Program-made: the position numbers and the translations under genes
The notes under the pieces: generated by a model
What the model was told of the DNA's origin: nothing
Seen by the model: the letters and a program-made list of their open reading frames with translations, nothing else
Database searches by the model: none
Source: a virus
Strand: one strand, 5' to 3'
Virus record (IMG/VR): IMGVR_UViG_3300025872_000037
Location: 64,088 to 128,087 of that record
Length of the DNA: 64,000 nucleotides
Part shown: one piece after another, positions 53,501 to 63,713 of the stretch
Layout of the letters: every line of letters begins with the position of its first letter
Position numbering within the stretch: the stretch's first letter is position 1

Positions 53501-55308
53501 TTGCCTCTTATGAGCAGGACGTAAATCCATTTGCGGTAAATACTTGGACTGGTAAAATTAAGCTATATCCTGGTACAGACGAATGGAATGAAAATCACAT
53601 CGCTCCAGACGTCAAGATCGATGCCGCCAATGGCGCATACGATTCACTCAAGTTCTTCAGCACTCCAGAACTTGCTACGGGTACGCTATGGAATTACTGG
53701 GAAACCAATTGGTACGGTACTGACCGCAACAACGGAACAGATACAGAAAATCTATCAGTTGGGCCATCAGGAATTGATCCGGCATACAAAAATACTACTG
53801 CACAACTGACCTCCGGCACTAGCGTTGGTCTTGCTCCAGGAACAACTGAATCATACAACGCAGATCGTGCTGTAGAAATTAACGTTGTTCCATACATTCG
53901 CTCACGCAAGATTTACTTCAAAGCTACAAACTTACGCCCAAATACTAAGTTTTATGCATTCTTCGATGGCGCAAATGTCGGTAAGTATGTTCGCCAGGAG
54001 CACGTATTTCCAGCATATTTGCTAGCATACACGGGTACGAGTGATGCAATTGATCCATCTTATATCAATCGTAATGATCCGACATTCTTCCAGGATTATA
54101 TTAATTATACTCAGCATCCTATGGGATATACTGAGTTATTCTCGAATGAATATGGAGAAATTGCTGGATCATTTGTTATTCCGAATAACAGCCAGATTAA
54201 ATTCCGCGCCGGCCGCCGCTTATTTACTTTAGTAGATATCGGAAATGGTGACAAGCGTTTAGCATCATCTTATGCCGATGTTGCATATGATGCGCGTGGT
54301 CAATTCACTCCAACACTTCGTCCAGTCGAGCCTTCATATGAAGATGCTCCAGTTGATATTCGTCAGGATGACCAGCCTATTGTTGCTCCACCTCCTGCTC
54401 CTCCGCAGCCTATTGGAAAACTGGTCGAAATTGATACAGATACAAATACGATAACACCAGTTGCTCCGCCTCCAACTGCTGTAGAAGTAATTGATGTTAT
54501 TCCAACTACATTGGTAAATCCTACTACAGTACCGCCAAATGAAGTAATTATTTGCCCTCCTTCGAAATGGAATGACACAATTGAAACTAAGGGATCAACT
54601 ATTACTCCGCCGAACGGCCCAACAACGACACCTGAACCGCCATGGCAGCCAACGAACATCACGGTTACTGTTCCGCCTGAAGAAGCAAGAAAAGGATGGT
54701 ATCCTATCGAGGCATATCCTCCTTATACAAATAGATCGCCATATCTCGTATGGGATTATCCTCCACAACCAAGGCCTGTTGAAGAAGTGCACGAAGAGGC
54801 AGTAAAGAAAGGCTGGTATCCATCAGAAGCTTATGGTCAAGCACCTGGAGGTTTAGTATACGGATATCCTCCTTCACCAAATCAATTCTTCACAGGTATT
54901 GATACTACAAACAATACTCCTACAAACGTCGATAATCCAAATCTAACTACTACAACCGATGCCACGGAAGAATGCAGCACTGCAATTGAAATCGTCGGTG
55001 GTGTGATTTCTGATCCAGATGCAGCAAATCCAATCATCGGATGTCTTCCTCCAGAAGAATTCATAATTCCAGAAATCAATCCTGAGCAAATCAATTACGA
55101 ATGCTGGCCAGGACCGACAATCGACGAAACTACTACAGATATCTTCTACGAAGAAACTGATATCGAACAAGTAACTACAGAAACGCCTGAGGCAGATTAC
55201 TTCATGGAGTATGATGGAGAAACTATCTACATCAACAATGATGCACAGGTTGATTTCGTAGACTTCCAGGCCGAATATGATGAGGCAGTAAATATTAGTA
55301 ATGAATAG
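50563..55308 (+). CDS. Large virion structural protein (VrlC/DUF4815-like), N-terminal part
   Basis: PYWDDF..KNYLRVLFRPG..VQARELTQLQ, RTYEESGNY, RRYTMRDIG, KNGFVVDSF; Pro/acidic tail. Confidence 0.85.
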   Translation: MAITYFNESPYWDDFNKDKNYLRVLFRPGYSVQARELTQLQTSIQAQIERFGNHFFKDGTKVMGGLATINNKIAYVKVESSSQSTSYDSNTYSGNESLYLEKDANGSYVLIGATLFGVTNGLHAKIIDIVPPEGAEPLTLYVEYLNSGGANTTNAGLVKAFAAQEYILLQKYNPDTGAVTQRIAFRAKPQENGNVNPTGFGTRVSVEEGVYYLNGCFVHTPASSIIASRYRQNPWCRIVYRVEERKVTPVDDTTLNDNALGTPNTGAPGAHRYQILMNLDVENWNPAQYDDTLDNFILVMTIEDGKVKKLNRTEYTEIMKTMAQRTYEESGNYVVNPFKIDVREYLNTYTNGGLYTANQIQNAVAGINTANQAATYASNKLAAGLEPSVAYINGFRVELQSTAYAILKKSRSFKSLTNAVIDAGYGNYLTVYNVTGLPDITNFSYVNLKDAITGGGNIIGTARVRSMERISGSNFKLYIFDVTLNSGKSMAQVRSVTSATVTFTADTYVIGTGGSQVAGAEVQDASSVSLLYKLPYDVIKSTADLTYTVRQSFSGTITDGGGGNDTIVLNPTVDNQYFISEAASDYIVAKSDGTIIVPTSVDVESVSGQNYNKVTLYFSSATVASNTSVTVIASTQRSLSPKTKTLAINQTLPITSPNTVASASTYDSLNTVDVIRIKAIHMSADFSTAATTSDPDISDRYVLDTGQRDTYYDYSTLQLKAGVNPPTGRLLVVFDKYTHGNGDYFAVSSYTNYEDIPTFTSSRGTVALRDCLDFRPAVTAFSSTKMSAPRPNITTDMEYYLGRVDKLCLDQYGNVKIKEGVPSLNPVAPPDIQDALTMYILTIAPYTFSTQDVKAKSLDHRRYTMRDIGRIEKRVQKLEYYTALSLLEKETANKQILDADGVDRYKNGFVVDSFTSHGIGAVAHPDYSVAVDKVNGLIRPLFYEESVNLRLNTALSQNYRQSGPLVTLDYYSAPVITQPFASYEQDVNPFAVNTWTGKIKLYPGTDEWNENHIAPDVKIDAANGAYDSLKFFSTPELATGTLWNYWETNWYGTDRNNGTDTENLSVGPSGIDPAYKNTTAQLTSGTSVGLAPGTTESYNADRAVEINVVPYIRSRKIYFKATNLRPNTKFYAFFDGANVGKYVRQEHVFPAYLLAYTGTSDAIDPSYINRNDPTFFQDYINYTQHPMGYTELFSNEYGEIAGSFVIPNNSQIKFRAGRRLFTLVDIGNGDKRLASSYADVAYDARGQFTPTLRPVEPSYEDAPVDIRQDDQPIVAPPPAPPQPIGKLVEIDTDTNTITPVAPPPTAVEVIDVIPTTLVNPTTVPPNEVIICPPSKWNDTIETKGSTITPPNGPTTTPEPPWQPTNITVTVPPEEARKGWYPIEAYPPYTNRSPYLVWDYPPQPRPVEEVHEEAVKKGWYPSEAYGQAPGGLVYGYPPSPNQFFTGIDTTNNTPTNVDNPNLTTTTDATEECSTAIEIVGGVISDPDAANPIIGCLPPEEFIIPEINPEQINYECWPGPTIDETTTDIFYEETDIEQVTTETPEADYFMEYDGETIYINNDAQVDFVDFQAEYDEAVNISNE

Positions 55309-55331
55309 TTAATATCTGAAAGAATTTACAC

Positions 55332-57209
55332 ATGGCTATACTACAACCTCTCGCGCAATCATTCACGGTAGACACGCCCAATGGCATTTTTGCTACTGGG
55401 CTTGACCTTTTCTTTTCAAAAGTAGATTATCGATTCCCAGTAAATGTTGAGCTTCGCACGATGAAAGACGGAATGCCAACTGATAAGGTAATTCCGTTTT
55501 CATTCGCTAGCCTTCGCGCAATTTCTCAGGATTTGACAATTCCGTTTATTGGTATTTCTTCTGATGCTACTGTTCCTACGCGCTTCAACTTCGAAGCGCC
55601 TGTATTTCTCGCTGGAGGAACGGAATATTGCTTCGTGATATACTCAAATTCTGATCGCTACAAAGTTTGGGCATCAGAAAAATTTGCGTATGACATTACC
55701 GGTATTGGCTTGTCTGGAGCTGGTAGAAAGGTCATCGATAATCCATATACCGGAGTAATGTTCCGCTCTACAAATGCTTCATCCTGGACTGCAGATCAAC
55801 TACGCGATATTAAGTTCACTCTACATCGTGCTGTATTTGATACTGCAAATTCTGCTACCATCATTCTAAACGAAGACGATAATATTCAGAAGCGTTTAGA
55901 TGCTGATCCAGTAGAAACATATAAGAATTCAAATATCGTTAGAATTCACCATGTAAATCATGGATTCTTCTCGATGGTCGGCAGTACAGCAAAATCTGCT
56001 GTCAAGCTGACATTGCTTACTGGCACAGGCAGCCCTGCTCTCATCAATGGAATTCCTATTACTGAATTAAATGCTACACACAACGTAATTGATATTGAGC
56101 CGGATTCCTATACAATTAGAGTATCCACGCTCGCAACAGCATCTGGCTTAGGCGGCGGTGATGCTGCAGTTTCAACCGACTACATTCCATTTGATGTTCT
56201 TCGTCCATCTATCGATATGATGGGCGTGCCAAATACTTCGTCGGTCTGGAAGATGAAGAAGACATCGGGCCAATCTTTGGGTGGAACCGAAACACCAAAT
56301 CAGCTGGATACAGACTACGCACGAGTCGATATCAATAAGAATATCACTGTAGATGCTCCCGCAGTTGTATTGCCATCGGTGGGTCGCACATTTATGAATG
56401 TGGCTAATTCAAAGTCATTATTCCTAAAAGGTTTACTAACGTCCAAGGCGAATAATCTTTCACCAGTTATCGACCTTGAGCGTAGTTCTGCTGTAGCAGT
56501 CAATAACCGAATCAATAATCCTGCCGCTGCAATCACTCAGTATACTAATGGCAGCACAACTACAGCAAGTGGCGTGACGACGGTTGTAATGGCGAGTGCA
56601 AGCGGAATCGTAGTCGGTTACAAGGTGCGTGGGCCATATATCGCAAATGACGCTTTAGTAACTAATGTCAGCTCAAACACTATTACTATTTCTTCTCCCA
56701 CGACGGGTATAATTCCAGTAAGCACACCGATATTCTTCCTGCCAAATAACAATAATGCCAACTACGTAGTAAATTATGCAGATGAAACTGCACCACTCGG
56801 TGGTGCAGCGCTATCGAAGTATATTACGCGTAAGGTTGAGCTGAATGATCCAGCGTCTGCGATCAAGGTTTGGGTTTCTGTCAATCGTCCTACTGGATCT
56901 AATATTAGCATATATTACAAGATTCAGCGTACAGACGACACCGATGGTAACTTTGATACGGACTACGGATGGAATCTAGCAACTAATGATTCTGCAGACG
57001 GAATTCCTTATTCGGATAATCCTGATAAGTACTCCGAAGTATCATATACTATCGATATCGATGACTTTAAGGCAGCAAATTTCGCGGCCTCCGGTGCAGT
57101 AGATGGCGATGTTCAATTTACCGCATTTGCTATCAAAATTGTGTTTACTTCCAATAATTCTTCTCGAGTACCTTCCTGCAAGGAATTTAGAGCGGTTGCG
57201 GTAAGTTAA
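55332..57209 (+). CDS. Large virion structural protein (VrlC-like), C-terminal part
   Basis: PLAQSF, F.TGLDLFF, T.FNFEAPVFL, F.STNASSWT, DIKFTL, SKYITR, FAIKIV. Confidence 0.8.
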   Translation: MAILQPLAQSFTVDTPNGIFATGLDLFFSKVDYRFPVNVELRTMKDGMPTDKVIPFSFASLRAISQDLTIPFIGISSDATVPTRFNFEAPVFLAGGTEYCFVIYSNSDRYKVWASEKFAYDITGIGLSGAGRKVIDNPYTGVMFRSTNASSWTADQLRDIKFTLHRAVFDTANSATIILNEDDNIQKRLDADPVETYKNSNIVRIHHVNHGFFSMVGSTAKSAVKLTLLTGTGSPALINGIPITELNATHNVIDIEPDSYTIRVSTLATASGLGGGDAAVSTDYIPFDVLRPSIDMMGVPNTSSVWKMKKTSGQSLGGTETPNQLDTDYARVDINKNITVDAPAVVLPSVGRTFMNVANSKSLFLKGLLTSKANNLSPVIDLERSSAVAVNNRINNPAAAITQYTNGSTTTASGVTTVVMASASGIVVGYKVRGPYIANDALVTNVSSNTITISSPTTGIIPVSTPIFFLPNNNNANYVVNYADETAPLGGAALSKYITRKVELNDPASAIKVWVSVNRPTGSNISIYYKIQRTDDTDGNFDTDYGWNLATNDSADGIPYSDNPDKYSEVSYTIDIDDFKAANFAASGAVDGDVQFTAFAIKIVFTSNNSSRVPSCKEFRAVAVS

Positions 57210-57220
57210 TAAATAGACCG

Positions 57221-57445
57221 ATGCTTGAAACAAGAGAAAAAGCACTGGTCGAAGATAATCCTTCCTTGGAACGCGATATGTATTCCAAGGCAATCGTGTC
57301 TAAAGACCGAAGCGCTTATCACCGCCGCGTTGCAATCAAGAATTCTAAGAAGCAAAAGCAGGCAGAGATCGAAAGCTTAAAGTGCGAAATCACTGAACTC
57401 AAGCAACTCGTCAAAACTTTGATCTCTTCTCAGCAGAAGCAATAA
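57221..57445 (+). CDS. Small conserved coiled-coil protein
   Basis: LERDMYSKAIV...EIESLKCEITELKQLV. Confidence 0.7.
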   Translation: MLETREKALVEDNPSLERDMYSKAIVSKDRSAYHRRVAIKNSKKQKQAEIESLKCEITELKQLVKTLISSQQKQ

Positions 57446-57460
57446 GCTTACTACCTATCC

Positions 57461-60400
57461 ATGTCCACACAAGTTCTACGTACTGACACATTTGAAGCAT
57501 GGCGTCAAAAGGCCAACACCGTCGCCAAAAACCTGGGTGAGGTAGCATCAATTGACTCACGCATCAGTTACCGCACACTGACGCATAAGGGTACTGCCGC
57601 ATATTCAGTAGGCAATACGCTGACAGGATCAGTGACGGGCGCAACCGCTACTGTTACAGCAGTAAGCGATGTCAATCTGGTTGTTACTCCAGTAAGCGGA
57701 ACATTTGTTGGCGCAGACATTATCAAGAGCAGAATTTATTTTGATGGAGCCGGAACTCTTACTGCTGGTTCTACAATTACTAGTACGCAGTCTGGTGCTA
57801 CTGCAAAGGTATTCTCGTTCGATTCGGGTGATAATTCTGCTGTAGTATACGATATTACTGGTGCATTTTCTGTAGGTAATACACTGGTTACGGGCGGAAA
57901 GACTATCACTAACATCTCGCTTGATACAGTATCAGATCTTGGAGAAAACATCACAAATGGCACCACAGTACGTGAACTGAATACTTACTCTGTAAGTGCA
58001 GTTGCTGGTATTAATGAACTACAGGCAGAGTTAGGCACGATTGCGTCGTTGACCGGATTCAGCGCAACAAATCTCGTTGCGGCTGCAAATGAGATCAAGA
58101 ATAGTGCTATCACATTTAATGGTGCGAAGACATTTTCAGAAAGCGTAAATCTTGCTGTAACTAAAGAATTAACAATTGCAGGAACTTCAGTACTAAGTTC
58201 TACAACTCTCGGATCTGGAGTTGTCAATTCTTCATTAACGAGTGTTGGTACGATTGGTACAGGTACATGGCAAGGCAGCATTGTTTCATCGATATATGGT
58301 GGAACTGGTATCAATAATGCTGGGCGTACTCTGACAATTGCCACCGGAAATCTGACGCTAACGACAGCAGTAGGAGGATCATCGCTTACTCTTCCATCGA
58401 CAGGCACAGTTGCTACACTTGCTGGCGTAGAAACACTCACGAATAAGACTGTCAATCTTACAAGCAATACACTAATAGGAACACTTGCTCAGTTTAATAC
58501 CGCGCTTAGCGATGACGATTTTGCTGCGCTTGCTGCAACGCAGACACTGACTAACAAATCGATTGCACTGGGATCTAACACGATCACTGGTACGTTGGCT
58601 CAGTTTAATACAGCTCTCACAGATGATGACTTTGCAGCACTTGCTGCAACGCAGACACTGACGAATAAGACACTTTCTACAGGATCGGTTTGGCAAGGTG
58701 GCATTATTTCTTCAACGTACGGCGGAACTGGTGTAAATAACGGTGGCCGTACACTGACGATCAATACCGGAAATGTTGCTGTCACTGCACCAGTCGGTGG
58801 ATCAACATTGACGCTACCGAGCACAGGCACAGTTGCTACGCTCGCCGGTGTAGAAACATTAACGAACAAGTCTATCAGTCTGACAACAAATACTGTTACT
58901 GGTACACTTGCTGAATTTAATACTGCGCTTACAAACGATGACTTTGCTGGCTTAGCGGCAATCCAGACATTGACGAATAAGTCAATTGCTCTAGGATCAA
59001 ATACAATTACTGGTACATTAGCACAATTTAATGCAGCACTAACTGATGATGATTTTGCCGCACTCGCTGCGGTACAAACATTAAGCAATAAGAGTATCGC
59101 TCTTGGATCAAATACTGTTACCGGCACGCTTGCTCAGTTCAATGCCGCACTCACAGACGACGACTTTGCGGCACTCGCTGCAGCGCAAACACTAACCAAC
59201 AAAACAATCGCGCTTGGATCAAATAGTGTAAGCGGTACATTATCTCAATTTAATACTGCGCTAACAGACGACGATTTTGCTGCTGTTGCAGCAGCGCAGA
59301 CATTGACAAATAAGAGTCTGCAAGATTCAACGACATTCATCGTTGATAATTTAGACGCAACAAAAAGAGCACAATTTCAGGTATCAGGACTTACTACAGC
59401 AACAACCAGAACTCTTTCTGTTCAAGATTCTGATGGGACGATTGCACTACTTGGAAATCATTTGGGGCAATTTGCTGCTACTACATCTGCACAACTTGCC
59501 GGCGTAATTTCTGATGAAACCGGATCTGGCGCGTTAGTATTTGCAACTTCTCCATCTCTTGTTACTCCTTCTCTAGGCGCTGCAACCGCGGCATCGATTA
59601 ACGGATTGACGATTAGCGCTAGCACAGGAGGTTTGACAATTGCAAATGGCAAGACGCTTACTGCTAGCAATACACTCACATTTAGTGGTACAGATGGATC
59701 ATCGGTTGCATTTGGTGCCGGCGGAACTGTAGTTTATACCTCGAATAACATCACCGCACTTTCCACATTTACTTCTGCTGATCTTGCTGGAAGATTGACA
59801 GACGAAACGGGTACAGGCGCTGTAGTATTCAATAGCAGCCCATCACTCACTACTCCAACGATTGGCGGAGGTGGCGCTAATTTCTCTGGTAGCACATCGG
59901 GTACAACTAATTTTAAGGCTGCAGCTGCAGCAGGTACCACGACTATCACAATGCCAGCAGCAACTGGCACGATGGCGTTGACGTCTGATATCGGTAACGG
60001 TACGCTATCGCTATCGACTGGCGCTGGTATTGTTTCTTCTTCAGCATCATTCTCTGCAAATCAATCTGGTGCAGCATCTTACTCGATTGCACACGCTGTT
60101 CCATCTGGCGCAACTGCTGCAACACTTGGAACAAATGGTATTTCGTCGATCACGACTGACCAGTTTGGACACATTACTGCAGTTACTACTGCGACATATC
60201 TGACAGCAGCAAGTGGTGTGAGTTCAATTACCGGAACTGCAAATCAGGTTATTGCATCTGCGAGCGTTGGCGCTGTAACACTTTCACTGCCGCAGAACAT
60301 CCATGCTGCAGCTGAACCAACATTCGGCGGCGCAACGCTGGGCAATATCACAGTTGGCGTATCAACAGACAACACGATTACTACATCATCTGGTAATCTG

Positions 60401-63400
60401 ATTCTCACTGCTAACGGCACCTCTACAGTAAATCTTTCTCGCCCACTCGTAGCAAACACGAATCTGACACACGCAAATAGAGCAACACTATTCTCTGTCA
60501 GCAATAGCACTGCCGCTGCAGGCGCAGATTTCCCATACAATCCAACTCAATCGACGCGCTTTAGCATCGATTCAACTGGTAACGTAACGATCAATGGCGA
60601 CCTGACTGTTGCTGGTACAACATATCTGCCAACAATCAGTGGTACTGTCGCATGGAACACACAAGTTACTGGAAAAACTTATTTCGGATCGATTACCGAT
60701 GGCACTACAGCTGCTGCACCTGGTGATGGTACCGCATTTAAGATCCGTACGAAGGACGGCCTGACAGCAGTCGTCACAAATGATGACGCAACTCACGGCG
60801 ACAATGTTCTGTTTGGGCATGGTAACTCTATAACAATTTACGGATCAACCAGCGGATCTGTTGTCCTGCAACCTGTTGCTATCGCAGGCACAACCACGAT
60901 TACTCTTCCTGCAATTACTGGTACTGCTGTTGTTACCGGAAGTGTGGATACGGTAACAACGGGCATGATTGTAAATTCTGCCGTCACAAATGCAAAATTA
61001 GCAAATAGCTCGCTTACTGTAACTGCAGGAACAGGATTAAGCGGTGGCGGATCTGTTGCGCTGGGTGGATCTGTTACTCTGAACAATGCAGGCGTGCTCA
61101 GCGTCAATTCGCAAACCGGCGCAGTAACAATTGCTGGTGGTACTGCAATTTCTGTAACACAAGCATCCGGCACAGTAACTATCACAAATACGGGTGTTAC
61201 TTCTGCGGCATCCGGCACTGGTATTACTGTCACTGGCACAGGCGTCGGCCCATATACAGGAGCAATTACGATCACAAATTCAGATCCAGGATCCGCACAG
61301 GCTATCTTTAAGAATATTGCTGTCAGTGGTCAACCAACAGTTAGTGCTACATCAAATACTGCTACACTAAATCTGGTTGGTAGTAACATTACAATTACTA
61401 CAGACAATAATACAAAGACGGTTACTCTGACGGGTAATGCTGCTGCGAATAACGGAACAATTACTGTATCTGCCGGTACTGGAATGTCTGGCGGCGGATC
61501 ATTTACTGTAAATCAAAGCGGTAATTCTACAGTAACGCTCGCAAATTCAGATCCTGGATCTGGACAATTTATCTTTAAGAATGTTGCTGTTCCTGGCCAG
61601 ACTACAATTGTCGCAGATAACAACGATGATACTTTAACAGTACAAGCTGGTCAGGTTGATTCTACAACAGGTATCGTAATTACAACAGATGCTACAACTG
61701 ACACTCTGACTATTGCTCATGCTAATACGTCCGGGCAAGCATCGGTTGATAACGCAAATGGAACAGTAATTCAGGATATCACACTTGATACTTACGGTCA
61801 TATTACTGCAATTGCTAGCGTAGATCTAGATGCACGTTATGATGCTCGCTATACGCTCGACAAGGTCACAACAGCTGGCGCGACAACTGCGAATGCAATT
61901 ACCGTCGGTGGTTTAACTGTCAACGGTAACGTTACTGTCAATGGTACCACAACTTCCGTTAATACTACAACCGCAAACCTAAAAGATCCAATCGTCACTC
62001 TGGGCGGCGCCGATAATGGCGGTAATGCTACAAGCGATGATGCAAAGGATCGCGGTATTGAATTCCGCTGGCACAACGGCACCAGCGCAAAGACTGGATT
62101 CTTTGGATGGGATCGCAGTATAAGTTCATTCACCTTTATCGCAGATGCTACAAATACAAGTGAAGTATTCGCACCTGCTTCTGGGGCTGGTTTAGGAGCA
62201 ATTCGTGCAGGAAGCTTTTCTACTGGTGGAACATCAGCTCAATTCCTAAAGGCTGACGGATCACTTGATAGCAACACATATCTGACAGCGTCAACTGGTG
62301 TTTCGTCGATCAATCTTGGAAATATTATCGGTGGTAATTCATTCCAGTCTGTTGGAAGTCTAAATGGCAGCGTCAACGTTTCCGTTCTTAATCCTCTAAC
62401 AGCAAGCCTAACGGGCCCAAATGTCCTTCTTATCGAGATGATGACGCAGTCTGGTTTAACTGCCGGACAATATAATAACGTTACTATAACTAATAAGGGT
62501 ATCGTTACTGCTGCATCGAATGTTGCTTACCTGACATCTAATCCAAATCTACAGACTGTCTGCACTGTCGGAAATACAACAACGACTAGTATCACTGCTA
62601 ACTCTTTCGTTAAGTCCGGCGCGTTCTCGACTGATATCCTGAAGGGCGATGGATCGACAGAAGCTGATAGCAATTACGTCAAGACCTCGGGCAATCAGAC
62701 AATCGGTGGAACAAAGGTATTTAGCCTTAAAATGGGCATTGGCACTAATACTAGTACTACTGCCGGCCTTAACTTTGACTTAGGATTTGATTCGTTATCT
62801 GCCACACAGCCAACACGAGGAATTTGGTTGCGTCCGACATTCCGCCCAAACAGCATTGGCGGAGGTGTGATGGAAGGCATTGGAATTGTTCCAATCATTG
62901 ACTCGAGCTTCTGGAGTGAATCTACACCAGCGATGACGTACAGTGCCATTCGAATCGGCGCTGTTACTCGTACTGGTACCACAACAGTCACCGAAACGCG
63001 CGGTCTCTATATTGACAACTGTTCTCTCGGCACCACTAACTACGCCATTTATAGTGCTCATACTGGAGCATCTGTTTTCTCCGGATCGCTTACAGCAACA
63101 TCACTTGTTAAGTCCGGTGGAACATCAAGCCAATTCCTGAAGGCTGATGGGTCTGTTGATTCCAACACATATCTGACATCTGCAGTCACGTCTATTAGCG
63201 GAACAACAAATCAGATCACTGCATCTGCTTCAACCGGATCTGTCACTCTATCGCTTCCTCAAAGCATCAATACGACTGCAAACGTCGCATTCGGCGCACT
63301 TGATATCGGCAGCCCAAATCCTGCATTCGGAACACCGACATCTGGTGAAATTCGCGCTGCTGGTAACATTACAGCCTACGCCACATCTGACGAGCGCCTC

Positions 63401-63694
63401 AAGACAAATATCGTTAAGATCGATAATGCTCTGGAAAAGGTCTCTCAGATCGATGGTATCATCTATGACTGGAATGACGATTACAAGAAGGATCATGGCG
63501 GAGTGGATGGTTACTTCCTGCGTGACCAGAACTCCGGTGTCATTGCTCAGCAGGTCGAAAAGGTCTTCCCGAATGTCGTGGGTGAACGCTCCGATGGTAT
63601 GAAAGCTGTTCGTTACGAGCTGCTCGTTCCTCTGCTGATTGAGGCAATCAAGGATCTGAAAGCCGAGATCGAGTCACTCAAGGCAAATAAGTAA
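57461..63694 (+). CDS. Long tail fibre with C-terminal intramolecular chaperone (peptidase S74)
   Basis: TDTFEAWRQK N-terminus, QTLTNK repeats, DQFGHIT/DTYGHIT motifs, SDERLKTNI, GVIAQQVE, LLIEAIKDL. Confidence 0.9.
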   Translation: MSTQVLRTDTFEAWRQKANTVAKNLGEVASIDSRISYRTLTHKGTAAYSVGNTLTGSVTGATATVTAVSDVNLVVTPVSGTFVGADIIKSRIYFDGAGTLTAGSTITSTQSGATAKVFSFDSGDNSAVVYDITGAFSVGNTLVTGGKTITNISLDTVSDLGENITNGTTVRELNTYSVSAVAGINELQAELGTIASLTGFSATNLVAAANEIKNSAITFNGAKTFSESVNLAVTKELTIAGTSVLSSTTLGSGVVNSSLTSVGTIGTGTWQGSIVSSIYGGTGINNAGRTLTIATGNLTLTTAVGGSSLTLPSTGTVATLAGVETLTNKTVNLTSNTLIGTLAQFNTALSDDDFAALAATQTLTNKSIALGSNTITGTLAQFNTALTDDDFAALAATQTLTNKTLSTGSVWQGGIISSTYGGTGVNNGGRTLTINTGNVAVTAPVGGSTLTLPSTGTVATLAGVETLTNKSISLTTNTVTGTLAEFNTALTNDDFAGLAAIQTLTNKSIALGSNTITGTLAQFNAALTDDDFAALAAVQTLSNKSIALGSNTVTGTLAQFNAALTDDDFAALAAAQTLTNKTIALGSNSVSGTLSQFNTALTDDDFAAVAAAQTLTNKSLQDSTTFIVDNLDATKRAQFQVSGLTTATTRTLSVQDSDGTIALLGNHLGQFAATTSAQLAGVISDETGSGALVFATSPSLVTPSLGAATAASINGLTISASTGGLTIANGKTLTASNTLTFSGTDGSSVAFGAGGTVVYTSNNITALSTFTSADLAGRLTDETGTGAVVFNSSPSLTTPTIGGGGANFSGSTSGTTNFKAAAAAGTTTITMPAATGTMALTSDIGNGTLSLSTGAGIVSSSASFSANQSGAASYSIAHAVPSGATAATLGTNGISSITTDQFGHITAVTTATYLTAASGVSSITGTANQVIASASVGAVTLSLPQNIHAAAEPTFGGATLGNITVGVSTDNTITTSSGNLILTANGTSTVNLSRPLVANTNLTHANRATLFSVSNSTAAAGADFPYNPTQSTRFSIDSTGNVTINGDLTVAGTTYLPTISGTVAWNTQVTGKTYFGSITDGTTAAAPGDGTAFKIRTKDGLTAVVTNDDATHGDNVLFGHGNSITIYGSTSGSVVLQPVAIAGTTTITLPAITGTAVVTGSVDTVTTGMIVNSAVTNAKLANSSLTVTAGTGLSGGGSVALGGSVTLNNAGVLSVNSQTGAVTIAGGTAISVTQASGTVTITNTGVTSAASGTGITVTGTGVGPYTGAITITNSDPGSAQAIFKNIAVSGQPTVSATSNTATLNLVGSNITITTDNNTKTVTLTGNAAANNGTITVSAGTGMSGGGSFTVNQSGNSTVTLANSDPGSGQFIFKNVAVPGQTTIVADNNDDTLTVQAGQVDSTTGIVITTDATTDTLTIAHANTSGQASVDNANGTVIQDITLDTYGHITAIASVDLDARYDARYTLDKVTTAGATTANAITVGGLTVNGNVTVNGTTTSVNTTTANLKDPIVTLGGADNGGNATSDDAKDRGIEFRWHNGTSAKTGFFGWDRSISSFTFIADATNTSEVFAPASGAGLGAIRAGSFSTGGTSAQFLKADGSLDSNTYLTASTGVSSINLGNIIGGNSFQSVGSLNGSVNVSVLNPLTASLTGPNVLLIEMMTQSGLTAGQYNNVTITNKGIVTAASNVAYLTSNPNLQTVCTVGNTTTTSITANSFVKSGAFSTDILKGDGSTEADSNYVKTSGNQTIGGTKVFSLKMGIGTNTSTTAGLNFDLGFDSLSATQPTRGIWLRPTFRPNSIGGGVMEGIGIVPIIDSSFWSESTPAMTYSAIRIGAVTRTGTTTVTETRGLYIDNCSLGTTNYAIYSAHTGASVFSGSLTATSLVKSGGTSSQFLKADGSVDSNTYLTSAVTSISGTTNQITASASTGSVTLSLPQSINTTANVAFGALDIGSPNPAFGTPTSGEIRAAGNITAYATSDERLKTNIVKIDNALEKVSQIDGIIYDWNDDYKKDHGGVDGYFLRDQNSGVIAQQVEKVFPNVVGERSDGMKAVRYELLVPLLIEAIKDLKAEIESLKANK
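58440..59320 (+). repeat. Six 37-aa (111-nt) repeats within the tail fibre
   Basis: GTLAQFNTALTDDDFAALAA.QTLTNKSIALGSNT units. Confidence 0.9.
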
Positions 63695-63713
63695 GTTATA
63701 AATACACTGACTT

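Noticed and set aside
58440-59320. Regular repeats as a possible CRISPR array
   Set aside because: They are in-frame 111-nt coding repeats with synonymous variation and no unique spacers.
62220-63185. Duplicated fibre segment as a DGR template/variable repeat
   Set aside because: The differences are not adenine-specific, both copies are in-frame coding, and no reverse transcriptase is in the window.
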